A DNA stretch of 64,000 bases from Bacillota bacterium (GTDB taxonomy: Bacteria > Bacillota > Sulfobacillia > JAIMAT01), in the NCBI GenBank assembly GCA_029960955.1, contig JASBVS010000009.1:22645-86644 (forward strand), given 5' to 3'. The position numbers and the translations under genes are program-made. Shown piece after piece: positions 30,959-40,421 of this stretch. Position 1 is the stretch's first letter. Every line of letters begins with the position of its first letter. The notes below the pieces were generated by a model, which had not been told where the DNA came from, searched no databases, and saw only the letters and a program-made list of their open reading frames with translations.

Positions 30959-32113
30959 CTAGGAGAGCTCCACCAGCCAGATCCCGCCGTGCCTGCGGTC
31001 GCTCAGGTAGACGAGTCCCCCCTCGTCCACGAAGAGGTCGTTCACCTGGGCCACGGGCTGGCCGGGCGGAGGTTCGGGAAGGAAGCAGGCCGCCTCCACG
31101 GGCTGGCTCGGCCGCGAGATGTCGTAGACGCGGAGGCCCGCGCTGAAGAAAGTGGCGAAGAGGAGCGTCTCCGACCGGAAGGCGCCGGGCCGGTTCTCGT
31201 GCAGGTTGTGCGCGCCGAAGCGCCCGCCCCGTCCCGCGTAGCGGCCGGCGGGCGGGGGGATGCGGGCCAGCAGCCGCGGGCGGCGCTCGTCCCGCAGGTC
31301 GAAGAGGCGCACCGTCTTCGGCGTCTCCCGCCCGTCCTCCGCCGTCGCCTCGTCGCTCACCGCCGCGAGCTTCCTGCCGGGAAGCGGCAGCGCGGTGTGC
31401 GTATGGCCTCCGTCCTCCGGCGCCCAGCCCGTCATCCGCGCCACCTCGCGCGGTCGCCTCGGATCGGAGACGTCCAGGATCACCGCCCCCAGGTCCCAGC
31501 AGCCCGCGTAGGCGCTCTCGCCGGCGACGACCGCGTGGTGCACGTTGTAGCGCAGGGGAGCCCCCCTCCCCTCCGGGCCGGCCGCCGCCGGCGCCTCCTC
31601 CACCGCCCAGCGCCCCACGGCCTCGGGGCGCCGCGGGTCGGCCAGGTCGACCACCAGCAGGAGCCGCTCGCGGAAGCCGGCGGGCACCGCCGAGACGTAG
31701 GCGTAGCGCCCTCCCGCGTACCACATGCGGTGGACGCCCCGCCCGCCGGTCTCCAGGAAGCCCAGGGGCCGCGGTCGCGCGGGATCGGAGAGGTCGAAGA
31801 CTCCCAGCCCCGTCCGGGAGGCCGGCTCGTCCCGCTGCTCGTAGCTGACCAGCAGCAGGTCGTCGGCCGTCTGCACCTTGGCCGTGTAGGCGCCGGCCTG
31901 CGCGGCCACGCTGCCCAGCCAGCGCGGGCGTGCGGGGTCGCGGACGTCGAAGACGTCCACTCCCGCGCCCGGCCCCAGCCGCCCGAGGTAGAGGTGGCCG
32001 CGGTAGACCATCAGCTGCATCCCGCCGGCGGGACCGGGCGCCCGGAAGAGGCCCAGCGGCCGCACGCCCCGGCTCTCCGCCACGGCGCCCTCGGCCGGCT
32101 CCACCCGCGTCAC
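30959..32113 (-). CDS. LVIVD-repeat beta-propeller protein
   Basis: At least six repeats of the x-V-x-D-[VL]-S/R-D-P-x-R-P type (VDVFDVRDPARP, LGVFDLSDPARP, LLVVDLADPRRP, VILDVSDPRRP, VRLFDLRDERRP, LRVYDISRPSQP). The GTG start overlaps the livF stop (GTGA). Confidence 0.7.
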   Translation of the reverse strand: MTRVEPAEGAVAESRGVRPLGLFRAPGPAGGMQLMVYRGHLYLGRLGPGAGVDVFDVRDPARPRWLGSVAAQAGAYTAKVQTADDLLLVSYEQRDEPASRTGLGVFDLSDPARPRPLGFLETGGRGVHRMWYAGGRYAYVSAVPAGFRERLLLVVDLADPRRPEAVGRWAVEEAPAAAGPEGRGAPLRYNVHHAVVAGESAYAGCWDLGAVILDVSDPRRPREVARMTGWAPEDGGHTHTALPLPGRKLAAVSDEATAEDGRETPKTVRLFDLRDERRPRLLARIPPPAGRYAGRGGRFGAHNLHENRPGAFRSETLLFATFFSAGLRVYDISRPSQPVEAACFLPEPPPGQPVAQVNDLFVDEGGLVYLSDRRHGGIWLVELS

Positions 32114-32838
32114 CCGGTGGCCGGCCGGGCCACCGCACCGCCCAGGTAGAGGCTGGCCAGTTCGGGCTCCTCGCGGATCGCCAGGGCGCTTCCTTCCAGC
32201 ACCACGCGCCCGCTCTCCATCACCACCGCCCGGTCGGCCACCCCCAGGCCCGCGCGGACGTTCTGCTCCACCATCAGCACGGTCTTCCCCGCCGCGCGCA
32301 TGCGGCCGACCGCCTCGAAGACGTGGGCCAGGCTGCGCGGGTCGAGGCCGGTGGAGGGTTCGTCCAGCAGGATCAGCTCGGGATCCAGCATCAGCGCCCG
32401 CGCGAAGGCCACGATCCGCTGCTGCCCGCCCGAGAGCGTCGCCGCCCGCTCGCGGGCGCGTTCCCGCACCAGGGGGAAGAGCTCCTCCACCGCCCGCAGC
32501 CGCCGCTCCACCAGCCGCCGGTCGCGCAGGACGAAGCCGCCCATCAGGACGTTCTCCCTCACCGACATGGAAGGGAAGACGATACCGGACTGCGGCACCT
32601 GCACGATCCCCGCGCGCAGGATCTCGGGGGCGCTCAGCCCGTCGATGCGGCGGCCGCGGTAGCGGACCTCCCCCGCCCGCGGCCGCAGGAGCCCGCTGAT
32701 CGTCTTCAGCACCGTCGACTTGCCGGCGCCGTTGGGGCCCACCACGCAGGTGATCGCGCCCGCCGGCACCGCCAGGCTGGTCCCCTGCAGGATGTCGCCG
32801 GCACCGTAGCCGGCGTAGACGTTCTCCAGGTCGAGCAT
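32110..32838 (-). CDS. livF: Branched-chain amino acid ABC transporter ATP-binding protein (LivF-type)
   Basis: Walker A GPNGAGKST, signature LSGGQQ, Walker B LLLDEPS. 242 aa. Confidence 0.9.
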   Translation of the reverse strand: MLDLENVYAGYGAGDILQGTSLAVPAGAITCVVGPNGAGKSTVLKTISGLLRPRAGEVRYRGRRIDGLSAPEILRAGIVQVPQSGIVFPSMSVRENVLMGGFVLRDRRLVERRLRAVEELFPLVRERARERAATLSGGQQRIVAFARALMLDPELILLDEPSTGLDPRSLAHVFEAVGRMRAAGKTVLMVEQNVRAGLGVADRAVVMESGRVVLEGSALAIREEPELASLYLGGAVARPATG

Positions 32839-32849
32839 CGCCCTCCCCC

Positions 32850-33620
32850 CTATCCGCCCAGGTAGGCCTCGAGCACCGCCGGGTCCGAGCGGACGGCCAG
32901 CGGGCTGCCCCGGGCGATCACTCTTCCGCCGGCGAGCACCAGGACGTGGTCGCAGAGGTCCATCACCAGCGGCATGTTGTGCTCGACCACCAGGAAGTCG
33001 GTCCCCTCGCGGTGGAACTCGCGGATCAGCTCCGCCATGCGCTCGATCATGCGGGGGTTGACGCCGGAGGCGGGCTCGTCGAGGAGCACCAGCCGGGGCC
33101 GCAGGACGAGCGCCTGGGCCAGCTCGAGCAGCTTCTGCTGGCCGTAGGAGAGCCGCCCGGCGAGCTCGTCGCAGAAGCGGGCGAGCCCCACCCGCTCCAG
33201 CAGCTCCCCCGCCCGCCGTCGCTCCTCCCCGGCCACCGCGCTCTCCGCCATCCGCCGCAGCCGGAAGTCGCGCAGCGGCACGACCACGTTCTCCAGGACG
33301 GTCATCTCCCGGAAGAGCCGGGCGATCTGGAAGGTCCGGCCGAGCCCGCGCCAGGTCCGCTCCCAGGGGGGCAGCCCGTCGATCCGCCGTCCTTCCAGCA
33401 GGATCTCGCCGCCGTCGGGCCGGAGCATGCCGGTGATCAGGTTGAAGACCGTCGTCTTGCCCGAGCCGTTGGGGCCGATGAGGCCGGTGACGCTCCCCCG
33501 CGGCACCCGGAAGCTGCAGTCGTCGACGGCGGCCACGCCGCCGAAGCGCTTCCTCAGGGCGCGGACCTCCAGGATCGCCCCTCCCTCCTCCGCCTCGGGC
33601 GGCCTCCTCTCGTCCGTCAC
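32850..33620 (-). CDS. livG: Branched-chain amino acid ABC transporter ATP-binding protein (LivG-type)
   Basis: Walker A GPNGSGKTT, signature LSYGQQ, Walker B VLLDEPASG. The GTG at 33620 overlaps the livM stop (GTGA). The longer ORF-track N-terminus is out of frame with livM. Confidence 0.85.
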   Translation of the reverse strand: MTDERRPPEAEEGGAILEVRALRKRFGGVAAVDDCSFRVPRGSVTGLIGPNGSGKTTVFNLITGMLRPDGGEILLEGRRIDGLPPWERTWRGLGRTFQIARLFREMTVLENVVVPLRDFRLRRMAESAVAGEERRRAGELLERVGLARFCDELAGRLSYGQQKLLELAQALVLRPRLVLLDEPASGVNPRMIERMAELIREFHREGTDFLVVEHNMPLVMDLCDHVLVLAGGRVIARGSPLAVRSDPAVLEAYLGG

Positions 33621-34699
33621 GTCATCGCCCCCTCGCGGCCGTCCTGCCGGGCGCCGCCCTCGCCCACCTCCGCCAGGCGGACGGGCGCCCCGGCCTCCGC
33701 CGCCGCGGCCCGCAGCCGCCTCCGCCTCTCCAGCCGCTCGGCCAGCGTCGGCAGGACGCCCCTCGGCAGGAAGAGGACGACCAGCATCATCAGCGCCCCG
33801 AAGAGCACCAGGTGCACCTGGCTGGCGCCGAAGTACGTGTTGGCCAGCTCGCTGAGCGGCTCCACCACGAAGGCGCCCAGCACCGGACCCCAGACCGTTC
33901 CGCGGCCGCCCAGCATCACGGCCAGCACCGTCTGCACGCTGACGATGATGTTGAAGAGCCCCAGCGGGTCGATGAAGGTCAGGTAGTAGGCGTAGACGCC
34001 GCCGGCGGCGCCCACCAGGAAGGTGCTGGCGGCGAAGGCGCTCACCTTGTAGATGCCGGTCGGCACGCCCATGGCCGCGGCCTTCTCCTCGTCCTCGCGG
34101 ATGGCCAGCAGGCCCAGCCCGAACTTGGTCCGCCGGACCCAGGCGGAGAGGCCCACGGAGAGCGCGGCCAGCAGCGCCATGGCGTAGTAGAAGGGGACGT
34201 TCTGCCACTGCCGGCTCCAGGTGGGAAGCGGCAGCGTCAGGCCGTGGGAACCGTTGGTGAAGGAGGCGTTGAGCGTCACCAGCTGCATGATGAAAAGGAA
34301 GGCGATGGTCATGATGACGAAGGCGTGCCCCCGCGCGCGCATCATCACCAGGCCCACCACCGCCGCCAGCACCGCCGCCGCCAGCGCCCCCAACGGCGCC
34401 AGGAGGAAGGGCGAGAGCTGCCAGCGAAGCGCCAGCAACGCCACCGTGTAGGCCCCCACGCCCAGGAAGGCGCTGTGTCCCAGCGAGACGTAGCCGGCGT
34501 ATCCCGAGACCACGTTCCAGCCGCTGGACAGGACCACCAGCAGGCAGGTCAGGATGAGCATGTTGAGGAAGAAGTCGTTCCGGACCGCCAGCGGGAAGAG
34601 CGCGGCCAGCACCGCGGCCGCCGCCACGACCGCGTGCCGCAGACGGACCCCCGTCCCTCCGCCGGCCGCCCGCGAGCCGGCCTCGCTCGCCCGACCCAC
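33617..34699 (-). CDS. livM: Branched-chain amino acid ABC transporter permease (LivM-type)
   Basis: Polytopic permease with LivM-family similarity. Putative GTG at 34699, just after the livH stop, with a GGGGGTGAGG SD. The start is uncertain. Confidence 0.8.
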   Translation of the reverse strand: MGRASEAGSRAAGGGTGVRLRHAVVAAAAVLAALFPLAVRNDFFLNMLILTCLLVVLSSGWNVVSGYAGYVSLGHSAFLGVGAYTVALLALRWQLSPFLLAPLGALAAAVLAAVVGLVMMRARGHAFVIMTIAFLFIMQLVTLNASFTNGSHGLTLPLPTWSRQWQNVPFYYAMALLAALSVGLSAWVRRTKFGLGLLAIREDEEKAAAMGVPTGIYKVSAFAASTFLVGAAGGVYAYYLTFIDPLGLFNIIVSVQTVLAVMLGGRGTVWGPVLGAFVVEPLSELANTYFGASQVHLVLFGALMMLVVLFLPRGVLPTLAERLERRRRLRAAAAEAGAPVRLAEVGEGGARQDGREGAMT

Positions 34700-34710
34700 G
34701 GCCTCACCCC

Positions 34711-35589
34711 CTATTGCGGGACGTCCTGCCGCAGCCGGAGCCCCAGGAGACCCTGCGGCCGCAGCAGGAGGACGACGAAGATCACCAGGTAGAAGACCCC
34801 GGTCGCCCACTTCACCGAGACGTAGGTGGAGGTGAGCGTCTCGGCCACGCCCAGGACCAGCGCCCCCAGCGCCGCGCCGGGGAGACTTCCCATGCCGCCC
34901 AGGACGACGATGCCCAGCAGCCGCGAGATCCAGAGGTAATGCGAGGCCGGCGAGAAGGGGTAGAGCACGCTGAGCATCGAGCCGCCGGCGCCGGCCGTCG
35001 CCGCGCCGATGGCGAAGGCCAGGGCCCGCACGCGCTCCGGGTCGACGCCGACCAGGGCCGCCAGCTGCGGGTTCTCCGTGGCGGTGCGGATCGCCCAGCC
35101 CACCCGCGTCCGGGCCAGGACCAGGTGGAGCGCCAGCAGCACCGCCACCGCCAGCAGGCCGGCGTAGAGCTGCGCCTCGGGCAGGAAGAAGGGCCCCAGG
35201 CGGACCGACCGTGCGACGTAGGAAGGCGTCACCGCCCGGTAGTCCCCGCTCCAGACCAGCCCGAGGAGGCCCTCGACGGCCACGGCCAGGGCGAAGGTGA
35301 GGAGCACCGCCATGGTGGCGGGATCGCCCCCCAGCCGCCGGATGAGGAGCCGGTGGACGAGCCAGCCGAAGCCGAACATCAGGGGCGTGGTGGCCAGCGC
35401 CAGGAGGAGCGGGTCGAGCCCCGTCGCGCGCCAGAGCGCCCACGTGACGAAGGCCGAGACGACCAGCATCGCCCCGTGGGCCACGTTGACGATGTTCATC
35501 ACGCCGAAGATCAGTGTCAGCCCGGAGGCCATCAGGGCGTAGACGCCGGCCACCAGCACCCCCAGCAGCAGCGTCTGCACGAACGCCAT
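34711..35589 (-). CDS. livH: Branched-chain amino acid ABC transporter permease (LivH-type)
   Basis: 292-aa permease, LivH family (MAFVQTLLLGVLVAGVYALMASGLTLIFGVMNIVNVAHG). Confidence 0.9.
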   Translation of the reverse strand: MAFVQTLLLGVLVAGVYALMASGLTLIFGVMNIVNVAHGAMLVVSAFVTWALWRATGLDPLLLALATTPLMFGFGWLVHRLLIRRLGGDPATMAVLLTFALAVAVEGLLGLVWSGDYRAVTPSYVARSVRLGPFFLPEAQLYAGLLAVAVLLALHLVLARTRVGWAIRTATENPQLAALVGVDPERVRALAFAIGAATAGAGGSMLSVLYPFSPASHYLWISRLLGIVVLGGMGSLPGAALGALVLGVAETLTSTYVSVKWATGVFYLVIFVVLLLRPQGLLGLRLRQDVPQ

Positions 35590-35683
35590 CCGATCCCGCC
35601 CCCTCGCCTCTCTCCGCGTCGCGTCCGGAGCGCCCGGGAGGGGCGGGGCCGAACCCGGCCCCGCGCCCCCCGGCGCCCCGCGG

Positions 35684-36943
35684 CTACTTCCAGCCCGGCT
35701 TGGGGAAGACGATCTGCCGCGAGGTGGCGACCGCCTCCGGCAGCACCACCTGCGGCGCCCCGCCCTGCCACTGGGCGAGGATGAAAGCTTGCTGCGGCGC
35801 GCCGTCGGCGTCCCAGCTGAGCGGCCCGAGGATGGTCTGCACGGTGTGGCTGTGGAGCCAGTCCGCGATCTTCTCCTGGTCCAGCGAGCCCACCGCCTCC
35901 ACCGCCGCCTGGAGCACCTGCGCGGCGGCGAAGGCGTCGGCCGCGTCCTCCGCCGGCTCCTCGCCGTTGAACATCTGGTGGTAGGTGTCCAGGAACTCCC
36001 TGTTCATCGGGTAGGAGGCGGCGGGGCTCCAGCTGGTGGTGAAGAAGATCCCCTCGGTGTTGGCCACGCCGATGGCGCCCTTGAACTGGTCGGTCTCCGA
36101 GGGCGCCGACGTCTCGAAGAGCACCTTCGGGCTGTAACCCACCTTCTGGAACGAGCGGATGAGGCCGACTCCGTCCGTGAAGACGGCGCCCTCGGCCACG
36201 AGCTCCGCGCCGCTGGCCTTGATCGCCTGGGCGATGGTGTCGAAGTTGGTCGTGTCCGGCGGGTAGATCTGCTTGTAGACCGTCTTCACCCCGCAGGCCT
36301 CCAGCTGCGTCCGGATGCCGTCGATCACCGGCGACGTGAAGGGGTCGTCCTGCGAGGGATAGGCGCCCGTCTTGGGCCGCTGGTCGGCCGGCAGGCCGCA
36401 GACCCAGTGGGCGAAGAGGTCCGCCTGGTGCGGCGCCGTCGCCTGCTGGGCGAAGAAGAGGAAGTGGAAGTGCCGGCTGAACATCTCCGGCGAGCCGCCC
36501 GCCGGCTCGACGTAGACCATGTGCGCCTTCTCCGCCACCGCCGAGGCCGGAAGGTTCAGTTTCGAGGAGAAGGTGCCCAGCAGCAGGTCGACCTTCTCCT
36601 GGCTGATCAGGGCGTTGTAGTCGGCCACGATGGTGTTGACGTCGCTCTGGTCGTCCTTGACCACCAGCTGGACCTGCCGCCCCAGGAGACCCCCGTTGGC
36701 GTTCACGAGTTTCTGCCAGACCTGGTAACCCTTGTGCGCGGCGGTGCCCGGGTCGGAGAAGGAGCCGGTCAGCGGCAGCGAGATGCCGATCCGGATCGGC
36801 GCCTTCGCAGCGGTGTTGCCGCCGCCGCCCCCGGAGGCGGCGGGGGCGCTTCCGGTCTGCCCCCCGCCTCCGCAGGCGGCCAGGAAGAACACCGAGGCCG
36901 CGGCCCCCAGGAGGACCCCACGTCGCCAGAAGCGACCCCGCAT
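35684..36943 (-). CDS. ABC transporter substrate-binding lipoprotein (Leu/Ile/Val-binding protein family)
   Basis: ATG at 36943 with a GGGGGAGG SD. Signal peptide with lipobox LAAC, a Gly-rich linker, then a type I periplasmic binding fold. Confidence 0.85.
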   Translation of the reverse strand: MRGRFWRRGVLLGAAASVFFLAACGGGGQTGSAPAASGGGGGNTAAKAPIRIGISLPLTGSFSDPGTAAHKGYQVWQKLVNANGGLLGRQVQLVVKDDQSDVNTIVADYNALISQEKVDLLLGTFSSKLNLPASAVAEKAHMVYVEPAGGSPEMFSRHFHFLFFAQQATAPHQADLFAHWVCGLPADQRPKTGAYPSQDDPFTSPVIDGIRTQLEACGVKTVYKQIYPPDTTNFDTIAQAIKASGAELVAEGAVFTDGVGLIRSFQKVGYSPKVLFETSAPSETDQFKGAIGVANTEGIFFTTSWSPAASYPMNREFLDTYHQMFNGEEPAEDAADAFAAAQVLQAAVEAVGSLDQEKIADWLHSHTVQTILGPLSWDADGAPQQAFILAQWQGGAPQVVLPEAVATSRQIVFPKPGWK

Positions 36944-37073
36944 CTCTCTCGCCTCCCCCTCTCCCCGACCCTCCCGAGCCGGGGAGATCGTGAATATCCT
37001 ATTCGTTCTGCGCAATTCCCGCGGGCTACACCAGTGCCGCCCCGCCACGGCCGGCGGCCGGGTGCGGGCGCCG

Positions 37074-38099
37074 TCAGCGGCGGGCCAGCAGGCCCGCGCG
37101 TCCCGCCCGCTCCAGCGTCGCCCGCGCCGCCGCCACGATCTCCTCCACCCCCGGAACGACGTAGCGCTCCAGCTCGGGCGCGAAGGGCGTGGGCGCGAAG
37201 CGCGCGCCGACGCGGGCGATCTCCACGTCCACCTCGTCCAGCGCTTCCTCGTAGACGGTCGCCGCGATCTCCGCTCCCATCCCCCCTTGACGGACCGCCT
37301 GATGGGCCACCACCAGCGCCCGCGTCTTCCGGAAGGAAGCCAGGACCGTCTCCCGGTCCCACGGGCTGACGGTGCGCAGGTCGATCACCTCGGCCTCCAC
37401 CCCGTCCTCGCGGGCGAGGCGCTCGGCCGCCTCCAGCGCCATGGCCACCATGGCCCCGTAGGTGACCACCGTGACGTCGCGGCCGGGGCGCTTGACGTCG
37501 GCCTTCCCCAGCGGCGCCACCTCGTCGGCGCCCGGGTCGGGCACCGGCCCGCGGCTGTTGTAGAGCACGTTGGGTTCGAAGAAGACCACCGGGTCGGGAT
37601 CCCGGATGGCCGCCTTGAGGAGCGCCTTCCCGTCCCGCGGGGTGGAGGGGACGACCACCTTCAACCCGGGGACGTGGGCGAACCAGGCTTCCAGGAGCTG
37701 CGAGTGCTGCGGGCCCGCCGAGCGGCCCGGCCCGCCCTGGCAGCGGACGGTCAGCGGAACCGCCACCTGGCCGCCGGACATGTAGCGGATCTTCGCGGCC
37801 TGGCTGACCAGCTGGTCCATGGCGATCTCCAGGAAGTCCACGTACATGACCTCGACCACCGGTCGCGAACCGGTGACGGCCGCCCCCACCCCGGCGCCGA
37901 CGATGGCCGCCTCGGAGATGGGCGCGTTCCGCACCCGGCGCGTGCCGAACCGGGTGGAGAGGCCCAGCGTCACCTTGTAGGAGCCGCCCATGGGATCCTG
38001 GATGTCCTCGCCCAGGAGGAAGACGGACGGATCGCGCTCCATCTCCTCCGCCAGCGCCTCCCGCAGCGCCTCGCGCATCGTCAGCTCGCGCACCGGCAC
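37074..38099 (-). CDS. 2-oxoacid (acetoin/pyruvate/BCKA-type) dehydrogenase E1 component beta subunit
   Basis: 341-aa transketolase-like Pyr and C-terminal domains (LLGEDIQDPMGGSYKVTLGL...). Confidence 0.9.
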   Translation of the reverse strand: MPVRELTMREALREALAEEMERDPSVFLLGEDIQDPMGGSYKVTLGLSTRFGTRRVRNAPISEAAIVGAGVGAAVTGSRPVVEVMYVDFLEIAMDQLVSQAAKIRYMSGGQVAVPLTVRCQGGPGRSAGPQHSQLLEAWFAHVPGLKVVVPSTPRDGKALLKAAIRDPDPVVFFEPNVLYNSRGPVPDPGADEVAPLGKADVKRPGRDVTVVTYGAMVAMALEAAERLAREDGVEAEVIDLRTVSPWDRETVLASFRKTRALVVAHQAVRQGGMGAEIAATVYEEALDEVDVEIARVGARFAPTPFAPELERYVVPGVEEIVAAARATLERAGRAGLLARR

Positions 38100-38138
38100 C
38101 GTCGCCCCCTTCCGCCACCGCTCCGCGCGCGGCCTCCC

Positions 38139-39110
38139 TCAACCGGCGTAGACGTCCTCCAGCGCGCTCTCCGGAGCCGGCCGGCGGCCGCGGGCGCCAG
38201 CCTCGGCGGCCGCCTCGATCTCGGCCTCCACCTCGGCGCGCAGGCGGGCCTCGCCCTCCTCGTCCAGCGCGCCCTGCTCCAGCAGCCAGGCGGCCACCCG
38301 CCGCAGCGGGTCGCGCGCCTTCCAGGAGGCGACTTCCTCGTCGCTCCGGTAGACCGCCGGGTCGCCGATGTAGTGGCCGTACCAGCGGTAGGTGCGGCAC
38401 TCCAGGAGCGTCGGCCCCCCGCCCCGGCGCGCCCGCTCCACCGCCCTCTGCGCCGCCTCCAGGACGGCGAAGAGGTCGTTGCCGTCGACCAGCTCGCCGG
38501 GGATGCCGTAGCCCTGGGCGCGGACGGTCAGGTCCGGCGCCCGGTCCACCGTCCGGTGGGGCGTCGACTCGGCGTACTGGTTGTTCTCGCAGACGAAGAC
38601 GACGGGCAGCTCCCAGATGGCGGCCATGTTGACCCCCTCGTGGAAGGCGCCGGTGGTGACGGCGCCGTCGCCGAAGAAGCAGGCGACCACCCGGTCCGAG
38701 CCGCGGTTCTGCAGCGAGATGCCGGCGCCCGCGGCGATGGGGATGCCGGCCCCGACGATGCCGTTGGCGCCCAGCACGCCGATGGAGAAGTCCATGATGT
38801 GCATGGAGCCGCCCTTGCCGCGGTTGTACCCTTCCTCGCTCCCGTAGAGCTCGAGAAACATGCGCGCCGGGTCGGCGCCCTTGGCCAGGATGTGCCCGTG
38901 CCCGCGGTGCGTGGAGGTGATCAGGTCATCCCGCTCCAGCCAGGCACAGACGCCCACGGGCACCGCCTCCTGGCCCACCGAGGAGTGGAGGAAGCCCGGC
39001 AGCGCCCCCTTCTGGTAGAGCTCCGCCGCCTTCTCCTCGAAGGCGCGGATGCGCACCATCCGCCGGTAGAGCTCGACGATCCAGGCCGGGTCGAAGGCCA
39101 CCCCGCTCAC
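38139..39110 (-). CDS. 2-oxoacid dehydrogenase E1 component alpha subunit (ThDP-binding)
   Basis: ThDP motif GDGA...NN (FFGDGAVTTGAFHEGVNMAAIWELPVVFVCENNQYA). GTG start with GGAAGGGAGG upstream. Confidence 0.9.
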   Translation of the reverse strand: MSGVAFDPAWIVELYRRMVRIRAFEEKAAELYQKGALPGFLHSSVGQEAVPVGVCAWLERDDLITSTHRGHGHILAKGADPARMFLELYGSEEGYNRGKGGSMHIMDFSIGVLGANGIVGAGIPIAAGAGISLQNRGSDRVVACFFGDGAVTTGAFHEGVNMAAIWELPVVFVCENNQYAESTPHRTVDRAPDLTVRAQGYGIPGELVDGNDLFAVLEAAQRAVERARRGGGPTLLECRTYRWYGHYIGDPAVYRSDEEVASWKARDPLRRVAAWLLEQGALDEEGEARLRAEVEAEIEAAAEAGARGRRPAPESALEDVYAG

Positions 39111-39167
39111 GTCCCCTGCCTCCCTTCCGCCGCTACCCGCGCGCCGCCGGCTCCGTGCCGCCGGCTC

Positions 39168-40406
39168 TCAGAAGAGCAGCCAGCCCTCCCGCGACTCCAG
39201 CCGCGCCACCAGCGCGGCCAGGAAGCGCGCCGCCTCGGCGCCGTCCGCCGCCCGGTGGTCGACCGTCAGCGTCAGCGTCGCCACGGGCCGGACCACCACC
39301 TCGCCCCCGCGCACCACCGCCTGCTCCCGCACCGCCCCCACGGCCAGGATGGCCGCCTCCCCCGGGTTGCAGATGGCGCGGAAGGCGTCGACGCCGAACG
39401 GGCCCAGGTTGGAGAGGGTGAAGGTCCCGCCGGACATCGCCTCGGGAGGAAGCCTCCCCGCCCGCGCGGCCTCCACCAGCCGCGCCCGCCGGGAGGCGAT
39501 CTCGCCCAGCGCCAGGCGCTCCGCGTGGTGGAGGACCGGCACCAGCAGGCCGCCCTCCTCCAGGACCGTCGCCAGGCCCACCGCCACCTCGTCGTGGAAG
39601 ACGAGCGCCCCCTCGCCCGGTGCCGCCCCTTCCTCGAAGGTGGCGTTGAGCGCCGGAAACTCGAGGAGGCTCTGCGCCACCGCCTGCACCAGGAAGTCGG
39701 TGAGCGAGAGGCGCAGCGGCCCCTCCCGCCCGCGCTGCCCCGCCAGCGCGCGGCGCAGCTCCAGGATGGCGCCGGCGTCGAAGCTGCGGCTGACCGAGAA
39801 CTGCGGCACGGTCTGCCAGGAGCGGAGCATGCTCCGGGCGACGGCCCGCCGCATACGGGAGAGCTCCAGGCGGCGCCCGCCCGCCACCGGCCCACGACGG
39901 CGGGGCCTCCAGGCAGCACGATCCGCCCGCGGGCCGCTGCCGCGGATGCCGCGCAGGTCGATGCCGCGGCGGCGCGCCTCGCGGCGGACCGCCGGCGAGG
40001 CGCGGACCGCCGCCCTCTCCGGCTCGACCGCGCTCCCGGGCGCCGCGGCCGCGACCGCCCCGCCGTCCGGCGAAGGAAGCCGGCCCGCCGCCACCGGACT
40101 CCCGGGCTCGCCCGGGGCGGCTCGCGGCGCCTCCCGCTCCGGTGCCGGCGGCAGCTCCTCGCCCGCGCCTTCGCTGAAGAGCGCCAAGCTTCGCCCCACG
40201 CGGACGACCTCCCCCGGCCGGACCAGCACCGCCCGCAGGAAGCCGTCCAGCGGCGCCTCCACCTCCATGACCGCCTTGTCGGTCTCGATCTCCGCCACCG
40301 GCTCGCCGCGCCGCACCGGATCGCCCGCCGACTTGAGCCAGCGGAGAAGCCTGCCTTCCTCCATGGTCAGGCCCATGCGCGGCATGGTGAGCGGGACCAC
40401 GGCCAT
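39168..40406 (-). CDS. Dihydrolipoamide acyltransferase (E2 component)
   Basis: N-terminal lipoyl domain (EIETDKAVMEVEAP), E3-binding segment, catalytic domain with DHRAADGAEAARFL. Confidence 0.9.
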   Translation of the reverse strand: MAVVPLTMPRMGLTMEEGRLLRWLKSAGDPVRRGEPVAEIETDKAVMEVEAPLDGFLRAVLVRPGEVVRVGRSLALFSEGAGEELPPAPEREAPRAAPGEPGSPVAAGRLPSPDGGAVAAAAPGSAVEPERAAVRASPAVRREARRRGIDLRGIRGSGPRADRAAWRPRRRGPVAGGRRLELSRMRRAVARSMLRSWQTVPQFSVSRSFDAGAILELRRALAGQRGREGPLRLSLTDFLVQAVAQSLLEFPALNATFEEGAAPGEGALVFHDEVAVGLATVLEEGGLLVPVLHHAERLALGEIASRRARLVEAARAGRLPPEAMSGGTFTLSNLGPFGVDAFRAICNPGEAAILAVGAVREQAVVRGGEVVVRPVATLTLTVDHRAADGAEAARFLAALVARLESREGWLLF

Positions 40407-40421
40407 CCTCCTCGCCTCCCG

